Positions 8,676 through 16,931 of a stretch of 30,374 nucleotides of DNA are shown one piece after another; position 1 is the first letter of the stretch, and the number at the start of each line of letters is the position of its first letter. The translations under genes were made by a program, and so were the position numbers. The notes beneath the pieces are model-generated. The model searched no databases, was not told where the DNA came from, and saw only the letters and a program-made list of their open reading frames with translations. The DNA is from Candidatus Xenobia bacterium (lineage in GTDB: Bacteria > Vulcanimicrobiota > Xenobia > Xenobiales > QWHO01): the NCBI GenBank assembly GCA_045863235.1, contig BTUM01000089.1:1-30374 (forward strand), given 5' to 3'.

Positions 8676-9872
8676 ATGGCAGATCTGCCCCCCGAGATGC
8701 TGGGGATCCTGGGTGAGCTGAAGAACGAAGGCAGGGTCGATTCGTCCGGCATCTTCACGCTGGACCTGAGCAAGGCCATCGACAAGCTCTCCGTCTACCA
8801 GCTGCCCCAGCAATACTTCTATATCCCCAAGATGGTGCAGGCCGCGGTGGCGGGCGGAGCCTCCTTCGTACAGGCCAGAATCAACGAAACCAGAGTCCTG
8901 ATCGAGTTCGACGGGCACGCCTACGGCGAGGATGAGCTGCGCAACCTGTTCTCATACCTGTTCAGCGAGAAGGATTCGACCCAGCATCGCCATCGGCGCC
9001 ACATGGCCACGGCCATCAACACGGCCGTGGCACTGGAAGCGCGGGCAGTGCGCATCGAGTCGGGCCGGGGCGACGCGGTGGTGCGCCAGCGCTGGCTGGC
9101 CCACAACCACAACGAGATCCAGAAGGTAGAGAAGCCCTGGCCGGCCTACGAAGTGCGCACTCGCTTCTTGCTCTATCGCAGCCTGGCCGACATGTCCAGC
9201 AAGTGGTGGCACACCGCCGGCAAGGTGGACGTGATCGACCTTTTGACCAAGCACCAGCGGGCCATGACCCCCGAGCAACAAGAGCTGCTGGCCCGGGTGC
9301 ACTACTGCCCCATCCCGGTCTTTCTCAATGGGCGCCGGCTCAACTTCCCCCGCTTTGGCGAGCCGCCTTTCGGAGTTGGCCTCGACCGCCTGCTCAACTC
9401 CCGCAATTACACCGGGGGGCGGATCCATAAACAACATCACCTGGTGGAGCGCTACATCAGCCTCAACCAGGCCGGACCTTGCCAGCTGGGAGCCCCGATC
9501 AGCACGGCCAGCCATACCGAGACAGTGGTGCTGGAGCCGGGTGAGGCCCCCTGCCCGGCTCTGCTCGCCCTGGAGATGGGCCAGTACCAGCACGAGAAGC
9601 TGGCCCGGCTGGTGTTCGTGCTGGACGGCGTGATCGTGGGTCAGAAGGCGGTACGCACCGACACTTACGGGGCCGTGGGAGTGGTGGGAGCGGAGGGCCT
9701 GACCTTCGATCTCTCCCAGTTCAGCATCGCTGAGGACGAGCGCTTTCAGGATCGGCTGGCCTGGCTCAAGACCCAGTTTCGCGAGCTCCACGAGCGGCTC
9801 AAGAAGAAAGCCGAGAATGGCGAGCTGAGCCAGATTCCCACCGACCTTCTGCAGGCCCGCCTCACCTGGTAG
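8676..9872 (+). CDS. Hypothetical protein with degenerate GHKL/HSP90-like ATPase N-terminal fold
   Basis: DSSGIFTLDLSKAIDKLSVYQL...YIPKMVQAAVAGGA..V...I....V.I.FDG mirrors the GHKL N-box and G1 topology. CPIPVFLNGRRLN resembles the end of HSP90/MutL-type N-terminal modules. Confidence 0.55.
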   Translation: MADLPPEMLGILGELKNEGRVDSSGIFTLDLSKAIDKLSVYQLPQQYFYIPKMVQAAVAGGASFVQARINETRVLIEFDGHAYGEDELRNLFSYLFSEKDSTQHRHRRHMATAINTAVALEARAVRIESGRGDAVVRQRWLAHNHNEIQKVEKPWPAYEVRTRFLLYRSLADMSSKWWHTAGKVDVIDLLTKHQRAMTPEQQELLARVHYCPIPVFLNGRRLNFPRFGEPPFGVGLDRLLNSRNYTGGRIHKQHHLVERYISLNQAGPCQLGAPISTASHTETVVLEPGEAPCPALLALEMGQYQHEKLARLVFVLDGVIVGQKAVRTDTYGAVGVVGAEGLTFDLSQFSIAEDERFQDRLAWLKTQFRELHERLKKKAENGELSQIPTDLLQARLTW

Positions 9873-9891
9873 CCAATCTCTCCAGGTGAGC

Positions 9892-11124
9892 ATGTTCCGG
9901 GCCCTGAGGCACCGCGACTACCGCCTGTTCTGGATGGGCCAGACCATCTCCCAACTGGGAGGCTGGATGCAGACGGTGGGCCTGGCCTGGCTGGTGCTGG
10001 AGCTGACCGACTCGCCTTTCATGCTGGGGCTGATCTTCACGCTGCAGTATGCTCCCCACCTGGTCATGTCGCTGCCCGCGGGCGCCCTGGCCGACCGCTT
10101 TCCCAAGCGCAAGCTGGTGCTGGTCACCAACCTGGCTCTGGCGCTAATCTCCTTCACGCTGGCTCTGCTGATACACCTGGATCAGGTGCAATTCTGGCAG
10201 GTGGCGCTGCTCACTGGTCTGACCGGCCTGGTCAGCTCTCTGGAGGTCCCTGCTCGCCACTCCTACCAGATCGTGCTGGTGGGACGCCACGACCTGATGA
10301 ACGCGGTGGCGCTCAATTCGGCCAGCTTCAACCTGGCCCGCATCGCCGGCCCGGCCCTGGCCGGAGTGCTGATCGCCCGCATGGGAGTGGAGCCGACTTT
10401 CTTTCTCAACGCGCTCAGCTTCGTGCCCCTGATCTGGGCCCTGCTCCTCATTCGTTCCCCCGGACTGCCCGAGGGACAGCACCAGAGCGTGCTGACCGAG
10501 GTCAAGGAGGGCTTGAGCTACGCCTGGAGGACCCCCCAGGTCTCCATCCCCTTGCGATTGATGCTGGTCATCAGCGTCTGCGTCATCAACCACACCGTCC
10601 TGGTGCCGCTCTTGGCCCGAGACGTGCTGCAGGGCGGCCCGGAAGCGGTGGGCTGGCTGTTCGCCGCGCTGGGCGTGGGGGCCCTGGCGGGCGGACTGCT
10701 GGTGGCGGCGGAAGTGCGCCAGCGGCCGGCCATCCTGTCCCTGGCCCTGACCGCGGTGCTGCTCTCGGTTCTCTATGCGGCCGTCGCCCCGGTGCACACG
10801 CTGGCGCCAGCCATGGCTCTGCTGTTCTTGCTAGGCTTCGTGCAGATCCGATTTACGGTGGGCTGCAACAGCATCCTGCAGGTGGTGACACCCGACCCCC
10901 TGCGGGGGCGGGTGTTGAGCCTCTACTCACTGGTATTCCTCGGATCCACGCCTGTCGGCTCGCTGCTGAGCGGGCTGGTGGCCCAGACCTGGGGGGTGGC
11001 CGCGGCCTACGCCCTGGGTGGCCTGGTGGCGGTGATGGCGGTGCTGGCCCTGAGCCCGGCCCTGCAGACCCTGGGACGGGTGCGCCGTCGACGCCGGTCC
11101 TTGCGGGTTGCCCTGCGGGGCTAA
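9892..11124 (+). CDS. MFS transporter (MFS_3/DUF894-like, 12 TM)
   Basis: FRALRHRDYRLFW.GQ.IS..G.WMQ, MFS motif A GALADRFPKRK, NAVALNSASFNLARIAGPA, LRGRV. ATG 9892 follows AGGTGA. Confidence 0.92.
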   Translation: MFRALRHRDYRLFWMGQTISQLGGWMQTVGLAWLVLELTDSPFMLGLIFTLQYAPHLVMSLPAGALADRFPKRKLVLVTNLALALISFTLALLIHLDQVQFWQVALLTGLTGLVSSLEVPARHSYQIVLVGRHDLMNAVALNSASFNLARIAGPALAGVLIARMGVEPTFFLNALSFVPLIWALLLIRSPGLPEGQHQSVLTEVKEGLSYAWRTPQVSIPLRLMLVISVCVINHTVLVPLLARDVLQGGPEAVGWLFAALGVGALAGGLLVAAEVRQRPAILSLALTAVLLSVLYAAVAPVHTLAPAMALLFLLGFVQIRFTVGCNSILQVVTPDPLRGRVLSLYSLVFLGSTPVGSLLSGLVAQTWGVAAAYALGGLVAVMAVLALSPALQTLGRVRRRRRSLRVALRG

Positions 11125-11158
11125 GCGAGAGGTCCCTATCGTTTTTTTCACCAACCTG

Positions 11159-14026
11159 CTAGGCAAGCAACCCCGCTCCCCTCAGCTTGAGTCGCCAGTT
11201 GGCCGAGCGCAGGCAGTCGCGCAGGGGCTCGTCCACCCGCCAGAACCGGTCGGCCCCGGAAAGCACCTGCTGGAGCACATCGGCCGTCCAGCACGGATCT
11301 CCCAGGCAAGAAAGCTCCTCCACCGCCAGGGCTGCGCTCTCCGAGCGCAGCAGCAGAACCACCCGGCGCCTTCTGGCCTGGCGCAGGACGGCCAGAGCCA
11401 GCTCGCCGCTCAGAGTTGCATCCACCACCAGCGCGTCGGCCTCCAGGTCCTCGGCGGTGGGCTCGAGGTGTTCGGCGGGGGCGGTGAGGTAGTTCGCGGT
11501 GGTATCGGGAGCACGCTCGGCACAGAGCACAATGACGCCCTCGAGACGTTCCAGGAAGTCTGCCGTGAGGCGTGAGCGCAGCCGGAAGTCGGGACAGGCG
11601 ACCAGGGTCAGGCCGGCACCGGTGAGATCTCCCGGGGCGCTCAGGCGGGGGGAAAGCTCGCCCTCCAGGGTCAGAACCATCATCCCCGGACGGTAGGTCA
11701 GGCCGCAGCCGAACTCCCTCCCGTCGTGAACCAGCTCGATGCGGCCCCGGGAGGGTTGGTCGAGCTCTGGCTTCAGGCCGGCCAGCGTCAGCAGGCGACA
11801 CAGGATGGGCGCCCGCACGTGAGCGGGGGGGCTCATCACGACCTGCAGCTTGCCGCCGATCCGGTATTCCACCGTATCGGTCAGTCGGATGGAGGTGGCC
11901 CCGTCGTTGATTGCCCTCGATACGATGAGGTTGACCACCCGCACGATAGGCGCCTCGTCCACCAGGTCCTTGAGCTTGTCCAGGGCGACCTCCTCGTCCA
12001 TCGGGCCGAAGTCCTGGGCCGAGATGTCTTTGACGGTCTGCTCCACCTCCAGCGGCTGGGCGAAGTGGGAGGTCGCCAGTTCGACCTTCTCGCTCTGGTC
12101 TACCAGCACGAAGGCCGTGAAGGCGGTGAGCAACTTGAAGCGCACGGCCATGTCCACGATCTCGCGAGCCGAGCCGTGGCCCAGGCGGAGGCGATCCTCC
12201 AGGGCCCGCACCCGCTCGCGAGCCCACAACAGAGGCAGCCCCGATCCTCCCAGCGGGGTGGGTTGCAGCAGGACGCGATACTCTTCGCCGGAATGAGCCC
12301 AGCGACCCAGCACCTCGATCGGGCCCTGCCCCATGCAGCGACCGGACAGCAGCGTGGGCCGGGCCGCGAACAGGTCCCCCGGGCGGCCGGGGGCGAGGCT
12401 CTCAGGCAGGTAGTTGAGTCCCCGGTCGACCAGACGCAGGTCGGTCACGACGGCTCGCGACGTCTCCTGCTCCAGGCGACCCAGCGCCCTCGGAAGCTCG
12501 TGGCCGTCGGCCAGCAGCTCGCAGGTGGCCCGGGAGATCTGGGCCAGCTCGCGCAGGAAGGCGTCGTTGACGGACGAGCCAAGCCCCAGTGTGAAGATGC
12601 GGCAGGGAAGCTCCTGGCGGCGAAGCCAGGCGTAGATCTGGGGCTCGTTGCCCACCATCCCGTCGGTGAGCAGCACCGCGCAAAGCAGCCGGCCTGGCTC
12701 CGGTTTGTATTGACGGAGCAGCCGCTCCAGTGCGGACAGGATCTCGGTTCCCCCGTCCGAGCGCACCGAGTCGAGCCAGCGAAAGGCGGCCTCGCGCTGA
12801 TCCATCCCCCAGAAACGGTCGCCGCCGAAGGTCTCGAGCCGGTCGTTGAAAGCCAGGATGGCAAACCGCTCATCGGCCTGAAGCTGGCCCAGAAATCCTC
12901 GCACGGCCTGGCAGGCGGTCTGCATGGTGTGGGTGCCCATGCTGCCCGAGCGGTCGACCAGGAACACCACGTCGCGCGGCAGTCCGTGGGCCGGGAAGTG
13001 AGCGGGCGGAGCCAGGCTGAGCAGAAAGTGCTCACCTTCGGTGTAGAGGGCTGCCACCGGCTCCTGGCTCTCGAGCTGAAAGCGCAGCACGAAGTCGCGG
13101 TTGAGCAGCTCTCTTTGGCGGGACAGCTGCACCACCGTGCAATCCTCGGTGAAGTGGGTGGCGATGCAGTGCTGGCTGGAGAGGATGCGATCGGCCCGGC
13201 CCTGCAGCACGACCTGAATCTCGAGGCGGGTGTCGGCATGCACCCCGGCCGGCAGGCGCGGGGCCACAGTCGCTCCGTTATCGGCATAGCGTGGCGCCAC
13301 CACCAGGGGGAAGCGAAACACCGTCTCGGTCTGGTGCTGTTCGAGCCACTCGGCGTAGTCCAGGCGCACCTCCACCCGCTCGCCGGCTTGCAGGTTGCCA
13401 ACCCGGGCGATCAGGACGTTGTCGCTGTTGAGCTCGAGCAGGGCGGCCCGATGACCGGCCTGCAGGCCCTGCACGAACTGTTGACGGGCCCGGGCGCGCT
13501 CTTTGACGTGGCCGGTCAGCACCCGCTCCCCGACGCGCATCTCGAAGCCGTGCACCGCCGCTCGGGCGGGCACGGGGAAGAGGTAGGAGACGTCCATCGC
13601 CTCGTCGGACGGGTTCTCGAACACCATCTCCAGCTCGACCCTGGCCAACGGCCCGGCGATGCGGGCCCGGGCGCTCAGAGCGCGCAGGGGCAGCTCCTGG
13701 CCCAGGACCTCGGCACCCAATCCCAGGCAACGGGCCACGAAGGATGGGGAAACCGGCACCGGGTCGATGTCCCAGCCAGTGATCAGGCGGATGTCGTCGA
13801 TGGCGATCAGGTTGCCAGGATCGACCATCCCCAGCCGCAGGCAGTTCCCCTCCAGGCCGAGCGGCACCAGTTGGTAGCGGTGCATCAAGTGCTCAGGAAG
13901 CTCGCGCATCAGCTCGGTGACGGGCGGTCCCTCGGGGCTCGAGGCGCTCACTCCCATCAGAAAGCCGGGCACTGGCACCGGGCCCGTCCAGGGCTCCTCG
14001 AAAAGTGGCAGGAACTCGTCTGACAT
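11159..14026 (-). CDS. Chimeric protein: GSPII_N (PilB N1) + VIT + vWA + PilB N2 + eroded ATPase domain (955 aa)
   Basis: LPEHLMHRYQLVPL...LRLGMVDPGNLIAIDDIRLITG (GSPII_N). LPLRALSARARIAGPLARVELEMVFENP...YLFPVP..AAV.GFEMRVG (VIT). DVVFLVDRSGSM...GGTEI...LLTDG (vWA MIDAS). EAPIVRVVNLIVSRAINDGA...YRIGG.L..VMSPP (PilB N2). Start ATG 14026 preceded by GAGGGGAG. Confidence 0.85.
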   Translation of the reverse strand: MSDEFLPLFEEPWTGPVPVPGFLMGVSASSPEGPPVTELMRELPEHLMHRYQLVPLGLEGNCLRLGMVDPGNLIAIDDIRLITGWDIDPVPVSPSFVARCLGLGAEVLGQELPLRALSARARIAGPLARVELEMVFENPSDEAMDVSYLFPVPARAAVHGFEMRVGERVLTGHVKERARARQQFVQGLQAGHRAALLELNSDNVLIARVGNLQAGERVEVRLDYAEWLEQHQTETVFRFPLVVAPRYADNGATVAPRLPAGVHADTRLEIQVVLQGRADRILSSQHCIATHFTEDCTVVQLSRQRELLNRDFVLRFQLESQEPVAALYTEGEHFLLSLAPPAHFPAHGLPRDVVFLVDRSGSMGTHTMQTACQAVRGFLGQLQADERFAILAFNDRLETFGGDRFWGMDQREAAFRWLDSVRSDGGTEILSALERLLRQYKPEPGRLLCAVLLTDGMVGNEPQIYAWLRRQELPCRIFTLGLGSSVNDAFLRELAQISRATCELLADGHELPRALGRLEQETSRAVVTDLRLVDRGLNYLPESLAPGRPGDLFAARPTLLSGRCMGQGPIEVLGRWAHSGEEYRVLLQPTPLGGSGLPLLWARERVRALEDRLRLGHGSAREIVDMAVRFKLLTAFTAFVLVDQSEKVELATSHFAQPLEVEQTVKDISAQDFGPMDEEVALDKLKDLVDEAPIVRVVNLIVSRAINDGATSIRLTDTVEYRIGGKLQVVMSPPAHVRAPILCRLLTLAGLKPELDQPSRGRIELVHDGREFGCGLTYRPGMMVLTLEGELSPRLSAPGDLTGAGLTLVACPDFRLRSRLTADFLERLEGVIVLCAERAPDTTANYLTAPAEHLEPTAEDLEADALVVDATLSGELALAVLRQARRRRVVLLLRSESAALAVEELSCLGDPCWTADVLQQVLSGADRFWRVDEPLRDCLRSANWRLKLRGAGLLA

Positions 14027-14195
14027 GGCGACTTCTCCCCTCAGGTCCGGTTCGGGCAAAAGAGCCGGCTCCCGGGCGCGGGAGCCTGGAGTCGGGCCGA
14101 AGACACCTGGGAGCAGCCTGCCGTTCGGTTCCGCCGGGACAGGCCGTATGCCAGGGATTCGCCCTCCCCCCCGCGCCCGGGGCTGACTCGAGCTT

Positions 14196-14594
14196 TCAAG
14201 CCGAGCGGTAGCGCTGCTCGCGCCAGCGCTTGAAATCTTGCAGGTCAAGCGCGATGGCGCGGCAGACGTGGCCGAACACGTCCTCGAGGCTGTCTCTCCC
14301 GCGCAGGAGGTCTCCGAGGTGGGTGGAGGCAGTGGTATAGTTCAGGGCGCTCAGAGCCAGGGTGACCGAGCCGTAGGCCGGCCCGCGGCACTCGCCGGTA
14401 TAGTAGGCCCAGACGAGGGCGGGGAGGGAGGTGACGTCCTCGGCCAGGGGCTCGAGCCGGCCGCCTGGCTCGACCGTGCGCTCGAGCAGCGTGCGCGCCT
14501 GGTGCAGCTGGCGCAACAGGGCATCGCGGTCTTTCAGCAGGCGCGGGGCCAGCTTCACTGCGGTCTTCCAGGTGTGGCTCTTGGGTTCCGGCAT
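14196..14594 (-). CDS. YkvA/DUF1232-like protein (degenerate)
   Basis: L.EDV..L..LVWAYYTGE.R.....SV.L.LSALNY......D....D.LED....V...I..DL.DF..W matches the YkvA layout. RBS GGGAGG present. Confidence 0.55.
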   Translation of the reverse strand: MPEPKSHTWKTAVKLAPRLLKDRDALLRQLHQARTLLERTVEPGGRLEPLAEDVTSLPALVWAYYTGECRGPAYGSVTLALSALNYTTASTHLGDLLRGRDSLEDVFGHVCRAIALDLQDFKRWREQRYRSA

Positions 14595-14626
14595 TCTCTC
14601 GACCTCCCCGACCGTCTTCGCTTGTC

Positions 14627-14635
14627 AGCTTACCA
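14627..14635 (-). promoter_or_regulatory. Putative extended -10 (TGGTAAGCT) for the ykvA-like gene
   Basis: TGn-TAnnnT about 33 nt upstream of ATG 14594, with an RBS in between. Confidence 0.4.
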
Positions 14636-14654
14636 GGGTCAGGGCCGGGAGACC

Positions 14655-14694
14655 GAGGGGGAAATCCCTCAGGGGGGGGTAGGGTAAACCCTAC
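14655..14694. promoter_or_regulatory. Two related palindromes (GAGGGGGAAATCCCTC; GTAGGGTAAACCCTAC), putative regulator binding sites
   Basis: Perfect 7-2-7 inverted repeat at 14679-14694 and an imperfect copy at 14655-14670, both intergenic. Confidence 0.5.
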
Positions 14695-14703
14695 GCCGCT
14701 GGG

Positions 14704-15750
14704 TTAGAGGGGGAACTCGAACACGAAGGTGGAGCCCTGCGGGCGGGCGCTCTCGTAGAACAGGCGGCCTCCGTGGGCTTGAGCTACCAGCCGGCAGAAG
14801 TAGAGCCCCAGACCCAGTTGCTGGCGGCCGCCGCCGGCCACCACCGAGAACTTCTCGAACAGGCGTCCCACCTGATCTTCGGGGATACCGGGGCCCTGGT
14901 CGCGCACTTCGAGGCGGGCCAGGTGGCCGCCGTAGCGCACCTCGACCTCCACCCGGTCCCCGCCGTACTTGCGGGCGTTGCTGAGCAGGTTCTCCAGCGC
15001 CCGGCCGAGCAGGCGGGTATCCCACTGACCAGGGGGCTCCTTGTCGGGCAGGTCGAGCAGCAGCCGGCCCTCGGGGAAGTGAGGGGCCATCCAGGGCGAC
15101 TCCACCAGGTCGCGCACCAGCTTGCCCAGCGTGGTCTCCTCGAGCTGCAGGGCCAGCTGGCCGTGCTCCATGCAAGCGGTGGTCAACAGCTCGTCCACCA
15201 GGCTGTCTACCCGGTGCAGCTGGCCGGCCAGCACCTCCAGGTCCTCGGGGCGAAAATCGCGCTGCAACAGCTCGAGATACATCCGCATGGTAGCCACCGG
15301 GGTGCGCAGGTCGTGCACCAGCAGGCGGGTCAGCTCCTCGCGCCGCTCGATCTCGGCCGCCAGCTCGTCTTGCTGGCTTTTGATGCGCAGCATGGAACGG
15401 GCCCGGGCCCGCAGCTCGGCGCCCGCCACAGGCTTGTTGACGAACTCGTCGGCTCCCGAGTCGAGGCCCTTGACCAGGTCCTCGCGCCGGTTCAGGGCCG
15501 TGACCAGGATGACCGGGATGCGCTTGAGCCGGGCATCGGCCTTGAACTTGCGACACAGCTCAAAACCAGTGGTACCGGGCATACAGACGTCCATCAGCAC
15601 CAGGTCGGGGATCAGCTCCAGGGCACGCTCCAGGCCCCGAACGGGGCCGTCGGCCTGCTCGATGCGGTATCCCTCGCGCATCAACTGCATCTGCAGGGTC
15701 TCGCGCGAGGCCCGCTCGTCGTCGATGATCAGCACCGTGGGCCGGCCCAT
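14704..15750 (-). CDS. Hybrid response regulator/histidine kinase (REC-HisKA-HATPase), no sensor domain
   Basis: IIDD, LMDVCMP, NKP (REC); HDLRTP (H box); ENLLSNARKY, DQGPGI, LFEKF, GLGL. Confidence 0.93.
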   Translation of the reverse strand: MGRPTVLIIDDERASRETLQMQLMREGYRIEQADGPVRGLERALELIPDLVLMDVCMPGTTGFELCRKFKADARLKRIPVILVTALNRREDLVKGLDSGADEFVNKPVAGAELRARARSMLRIKSQQDELAAEIERREELTRLLVHDLRTPVATMRMYLELLQRDFRPEDLEVLAGQLHRVDSLVDELLTTACMEHGQLALQLEETTLGKLVRDLVESPWMAPHFPEGRLLLDLPDKEPPGQWDTRLLGRALENLLSNARKYGGDRVEVEVRYGGHLARLEVRDQGPGIPEDQVGRLFEKFSVVAGGGRQQLGLGLYFCRLVAQAHGGRLFYESARPQGSTFVFEFPL

Positions 15751-15788
15751 TGCGGGGAGCTTCCTGTCGGCTCGCGAAGACCCTCCCC

Positions 15789-16931
15789 GTGGATCTTGAG
15801 CGCCAACTCGAGCAGTTGACCCGCGACCTGCAATCGCTTCAGGAAGAGCAGCGGCGCGATCGCGAGGAGCTGACCCGAGCCCTGCAGGCCCAGAGCGAGT
15901 TTCTGGCCAGCACCACCCACGAGCTGCGAAGCCCGCTGCATACCGTGCTGGGCATGTCCGAGGCCCTGCTGGAAGAGACGCTGGGTCCGCTCAACGAGAG
16001 CCAGCGCTCCTCGCTGGAAACCATCTATCAGAGCGGACGCCACCTGCTGGGGTTGATCGACGACCTGCTGGACCTGTCGCGCCTGGAGGCGGGCAAGCTG
16101 CGCCTGGAGTGCCGCCATCTGAACGTGGCCGATCTGTGCCGAGGGACGCTGGATCTCGTGGACAGCGGCTCGGTGACTCTGGATGTGGAGGAGTCGCTCG
16201 AGGTCTGGGCCGACGAGGGGCGGCTGAAGCAGATCCTGGTCAACCTGCTCAGCAACGCCCTCAAGGCCAGCGGGGCAGCCCACCTGACGGTGGCCCACGA
16301 CCGGGAGCGCGAGGCGGTGCGCTTCACCGTGTCCGACCAGGGTCCGGGTATCGCCCGTGAGGACTTCTCGCGTCTGTTCGTGCCCTTCGGACAGCTCGAC
16401 CAGAGCCAGCCGGGCACGGGTCTGGGGCTGATGATGGTGCAACGGCTGGCCGAGCTCTCGGGCGGCAGCGTGACGGTGGAGAGCCAGCCCGGCCAGGGCA
16501 GCCGCTTCAGCGTGGCCCTGCCGCTCTCGCCCCGGGCCACCGCAGTGGAGCCGAGCGCTCCTGAGGGTGGCCCGCGGGTACTGGTGATCGACGACAATCC
16601 GGTCGATCGGGTCTTCTTCACCGGCCTCTTGCGTCGAGCCGGCTACCGGGTGGAGCAGGCCGAGGACGCCATCGTGGGGCTGGAGATGGCCCGCTCGAGA
16701 GTGCCGCAGGTGCTGCTGGTGGATCTTCGCATGCCGCGCCTGGGCGGGCTGGACGCTATCCGGCTGCTGCGGGCCGACCCACGCATGGCCCGCAGCCGCA
16801 TTCTGGCCGTTTCGGGATTGACCGTGCCGGGCACCCGCGAGGCATGCCTTGCGGCCGGGGCCCACGCTTACCTGGAGAAGCCGGTCAATCCGGAGGAGCT
16901 GCTCGAGCTGGTTCAAGCCAGCAGCTGGTAG
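15789..16931 (+). CDS. Hybrid histidine kinase (coiled coil-HisKA-HATPase-REC), no sensor domain
   Basis: HELRSPL, NLLSNALK, DQGPGI, GTGLGL; C-terminal REC VIDDN, LVDLRMP, LEKP. Start is uncertain; GTG 15789 avoids overlap with the divergent gene. Confidence 0.9.
   Translation: MDLERQLEQLTRDLQSLQEEQRRDREELTRALQAQSEFLASTTHELRSPLHTVLGMSEALLEETLGPLNESQRSSLETIYQSGRHLLGLIDDLLDLSRLEAGKLRLECRHLNVADLCRGTLDLVDSGSVTLDVEESLEVWADEGRLKQILVNLLSNALKASGAAHLTVAHDREREAVRFTVSDQGPGIAREDFSRLFVPFGQLDQSQPGTGLGLMMVQRLAELSGGSVTVESQPGQGSRFSVALPLSPRATAVEPSAPEGGPRVLVIDDNPVDRVFFTGLLRRAGYRVEQAEDAIVGLEMARSRVPQVLLVDLRMPRLGGLDAIRLLRADPRMARSRILAVSGLTVPGTREACLAAGAHAYLEKPVNPEELLELVQASSW

Noticed and set aside
14041..14060. SRP RNA (TCAGGTCCGG)
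   Set aside because: The following conserved AAGGAAGCAGC is absent.
14040..14185. Known c-di-AMP (ydaO) or c-di-GMP-I riboswitch
   Set aside because: Only fragments resemble the consensus (GGGCGAATCC, CCCGAACC, GGGCAAA); the core motifs and their order are missing.
14027..14248. N-terminal 74 aa extension of the 1029 aa ORF
   Set aside because: Overlaps the upstream gene and is low complexity; a good RBS precedes ATG 14026.
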